From contig DAICXK010000001.1 of NCBI GenBank assembly GCA_027312225.1, positions 63,148 through 127,147 of the forward strand: a stretch of DNA of 64,000 nt, read 5' to 3'. Made by a program: the position numbers and the translations under genes. Under the pieces are notes generated by a model. That model saw nothing but the letters and a program-made list of their open reading frames with translations, was not told the DNA's origin and did not search any database. Positions 61,655 to 64,000 of this stretch are shown piece by piece (the stretch's first letter is position 1; every line of letters starts with the position of its first letter). Origin of the DNA: Candidatus Saccharimonadota bacterium (lineage in GTDB: Bacteria > Patescibacteriota > Saccharimonadia > Saccharimonadales > Saccharimonadaceae).

Positions 61655-62571
61655 TACACGACTGCCTTTCCGGCACTACCAAAGGCTTGGATCTTCTCTT
61701 CGACAACCTGTTGCACAGCACCATATACCTCGGGCATAAGCTTCACGATGGCGAATTCTTTTGGATTTTCGGCCAGCACCTTTTCTAGCGTGGTACGAAA
61801 GGCGTAGCGCATATCGCTGTTGATATTAATCTTGCTCACGCCAATGCGCGCCGCTTCCTCAAAGAAGTGCAGCGGCGTACCCGACCCACCGTGCAAGCTG
61901 ATGTGTCCCCATTCTGGCATGGTTTCGCGAATGCGTGCCAATAATTCGAGGTCAAGCTCTTTTGGCACAGGGTACTTACCATGAAGATTACCGACCGCAG
62001 CCGCAAAGGTGTCGATGCCCGTCTCTTCGATAAACGCCTTGGCGCCTTCTGGCGTACTGAAAGTCTTCTTGATTTCTTCGTAGTTGATTGCTTCTTCATG
62101 AACATTACTGCTGCCGCCAAAGTAATGCGGCTCGCTTTCGACCAGGGCGCCAGTAAACTTGGCGTATTCGACGACCTCTTTGGTCATGGCGATAATCTCT
62201 TCGTCGCTTGCGTCGTGATTAGCCTGTGATATGTCGATGTGAATAAACTCGTACCCTGCATCGATAGCGCGCTTGCAGCTTTCCACGGTTGGACTGTGGT
62301 CAAGGTTGATATACATTTCGATGCCGTATTCAGCCTTATAGTTGTCGACCAGATCGCGAACATTCTCTAGCCCCATGGCGTCGACTTCACCTTGTGACAC
62401 CTCAACCAGGACTGGTGAATTAAGTTTCTGCGCTGCCTTGGCAATAGCAATCAGCGTCTCTTGATTGTCGATGTTGAATGCACCGACCGCAAAATGTTGG
62501 CTGCGTGTACGTTGATACAGGTGGCGTGCGCGTGTGGTGTTATCTCGAATCTGTTTAATAGTCAGTCCCAT
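61654..62571 (-). CDS. fba: Class II fructose-bisphosphate aldolase
   Basis: 305-aa ORF with LDHS-like NLDHSP, LHGGSG and the metal-ligand His pattern of class II aldolases. Confidence 0.88.
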   Translation of the reverse strand: MGLTIKQIRDNTTRARHLYQRTRSQHFAVGAFNIDNQETLIAIAKAAQKLNSPVLVEVSQGEVDAMGLENVRDLVDNYKAEYGIEMYINLDHSPTVESCKRAIDAGYEFIHIDISQANHDASDEEIIAMTKEVVEYAKFTGALVESEPHYFGGSSNVHEEAINYEEIKKTFSTPEGAKAFIEETGIDTFAAAVGNLHGKYPVPKELDLELLARIRETMPEWGHISLHGGSGTPLHFFEEAARIGVSKININSDMRYAFRTTLEKVLAENPKEFAIVKLMPEVYGAVQQVVEEKIQAFGSAGKAVV

Positions 62572-62580
62572 GGTTTCTCC

Positions 62581-63582
62581 TTAAAATCCTTGATGATACT
62601 TTGGCGTCTGGTCAATAAACTGCTTGATACTTGGCGTTAGTTTCCCTGGCGACAGACCAAAATGATCAAACAAATCTGCCTGTGCACCTGATTCCCCAAA
62701 GTGATCGCGCATGCCGATTCGATGGAGTGGTGTCGGTAACTTTTCGCCCAGTAGTTCGGCGACTGCACCGCCCAGTCCGCCAGCAATCTGTGCTTCTTCG
62801 GCAGTCACCACTCGACCTGTCTTGCGGACGCTGTCAAGAATTGTTGCTTCGTCCAGCGGCTTGATGGTTGGAGCGTGAATCACCTCGGCGTTCAGACCCT
62901 CGGTCGCAAGCTTAGCTGCAACCAATAACAGTTTGTGCGTCATAGTACCCGTTCCAATCAGCGTCACATCGTACCCCTCACGCAGCACATACGCCTTGCC
63001 AATCTCAAATGGTGATTCCTCGGTGCTAAACACGGGTGTTTTTTCACGTGCCAGGCGCAAATAGCTTGGCTGGCCGTTCTCAGCAATCGCCCGCGTTGCC
63101 TTCTCGGCCTCGATGCTATCACCAGGTACGACGACGACCATGTGCGGCAATACACGCATTAACGCAATATCCTCTAGCATTTGATGGGTTGCACCGTCAG
63201 CACCAGTGTAGAGACCTGCGTGACTGCCAATAATTTTGACCGGCTGCTCGTTCAGGCACACTGTCGTCTTAATTTGCTCCCAGCTACGTCCGGGACTGAA
63301 AGCTGCATAACTGCTGGTAAACGGAATTTTGCCAGCATGAGCCAAACCGCTCGCGACGGTAATCAGGTTCTGCTCCGCAATACCAATTTGGATGAATCGT
63401 TCAGGGAACGCCTCTTTAAACAGGTGCATCTGCGTGCTTTCGGTCAGGTCGGCGCACAGTCCAACCACAGCTGGATTTGCTTCACCTGCTGCCCTGAGGC
63501 CACGACCATAGCCCGCACGAGTTGGTTCAAGCGTCACATCGTCGCCATATGCGTTGTCTGCCAGTGGGTATGTCATTACCAT
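62581..63582 (-). CDS. Transketolase, C-terminal (pyrimidine-binding) subunit
   Basis: 333-aa ORF with FIQIGIAEQN and the C-terminal transketolase domain. Overlaps the N-terminal subunit gene by 7 nt. Confidence 0.9.
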   Translation of the reverse strand: MVMTYPLADNAYGDDVTLEPTRAGYGRGLRAAGEANPAVVGLCADLTESTQMHLFKEAFPERFIQIGIAEQNLITVASGLAHAGKIPFTSSYAAFSPGRSWEQIKTTVCLNEQPVKIIGSHAGLYTGADGATHQMLEDIALMRVLPHMVVVVPGDSIEAEKATRAIAENGQPSYLRLAREKTPVFSTEESPFEIGKAYVLREGYDVTLIGTGTMTHKLLLVAAKLATEGLNAEVIHAPTIKPLDEATILDSVRKTGRVVTAEEAQIAGGLGGAVAELLGEKLPTPLHRIGMRDHFGESGAQADLFDHFGLSPGKLTPSIKQFIDQTPKYHQGF

Positions 63583-64000
63583 GCCTCCCCTTCGTGGTTA
63601 ATCTTGCCGTCAAGCGTCCGCAGCTTCTTCAACGCGTCCTTTGCCTGATCGTGATTTGGCGGCATACCATGCCATTTGTAATCGTATTCCATAAAATCAA
63701 CGCCCTTGCCTGGGATGGTGTGAGCGATAATCACACTCGGTTTGGTGGTGATGGCACGTGCCATGCTGGCAGCATCAATGATGCTCTCGATATTGTGCCC
63801 GTCAATCTCCTGAACATGCCAGCCGAATGACTCCCATTTGCCACGGAGGTCCTCGAGCGGCATCACATCATCAGTACTGCCATCAATCTGAATGTTGTTA
63901 CGGTCAACAAAGGCAATCAATTGAGATAGCTTGTATTTGCCAGCAAACATTGCCGATTCCCAAATGTTACCTTCGTCCAGCTCTCCATCGCCCATCATTG
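63576..64000 (-). CDS. Transketolase, N-terminal (TPP-binding) subunit, C-terminal part only (gene runs off the right edge)
   Basis: Contains GDGELDEGNIWESAMFAGKYKL (GDG-x-N TPP motif). The frame stays open to the window end. Confidence 0.88.
   Translation of the reverse strand, partial: MMGDGELDEGNIWESAMFAGKYKLSQLIAFVDRNNIQIDGSTDDVMPLEDLRGKWESFGWHVQEIDGHNIESIIDAASMARAITTKPSVIIAHTIPGKGVDFMEYDYKWHGMPPNHDQAKDALKKLRTLDGKINHEGEAW

Noticed and set aside
1-64000. CRISPR arrays, rRNA genes, tandem repeats, IS elements, DGR template/variable repeat pairs
   Set aside because: I saw no regularly spaced direct repeats, no rRNA-like conserved blocks, no reverse transcriptase or transposase ORFs and no long near-identical duplicated segments when reading the window. 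The only recurring motifs are the CIRCE pair and the short promoter 9-mers.

Overview
Compact, roughly 50% GC bacterial chromosome segment. It is more than 90% coding and mostly on the minus strand. Housekeeping genes dominate: rpoB/rpoC, clpP, tig, hisS, rsmD, recG, tyrS, a class A PBP, radA, clpC, nusA, pepN, rnhB, rplS, a PilB/GspE ATPase, dnaE, galU, gatCAB, a DEAD-box helicase, uvrB, two PfkB kinases, class II aldolase and a split transketolase. There are two tRNA-Leu genes. I saw no rRNA, CRISPR array, transposase or integrase. The tiny intergenic spaces, split transketolase, lack of biosynthetic genes and pervasive leaderless gene starts suggest a reduced Patescibacteria/Saccharibacteria-like genome; this taxonomic guess is inference only. 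Four observations stand out. (1) A leaderless 17-codon mini-ORF with three His codons sits upstream of hisS, coupled to an antiterminator/terminator pair (9593-9710). (2) An accessory block (11.1-17.2 kb) packs six different phosphohydrolase folds plus a SatD/cyclase-like protein. It has a divergent wHTH-Nudix regulator gene and a perfect palindromic operator, and it ends at a tRNA-Leu gene. (3) Near-consensus CIRCE elements are embedded in the clpP and clpC promoters. (4) A TM-anchored protein with a HEPN-like RNxxxH motif is translationally coupled inside gatCAB. All product calls come from motifs read in the translated ORFs. No database search was possible.
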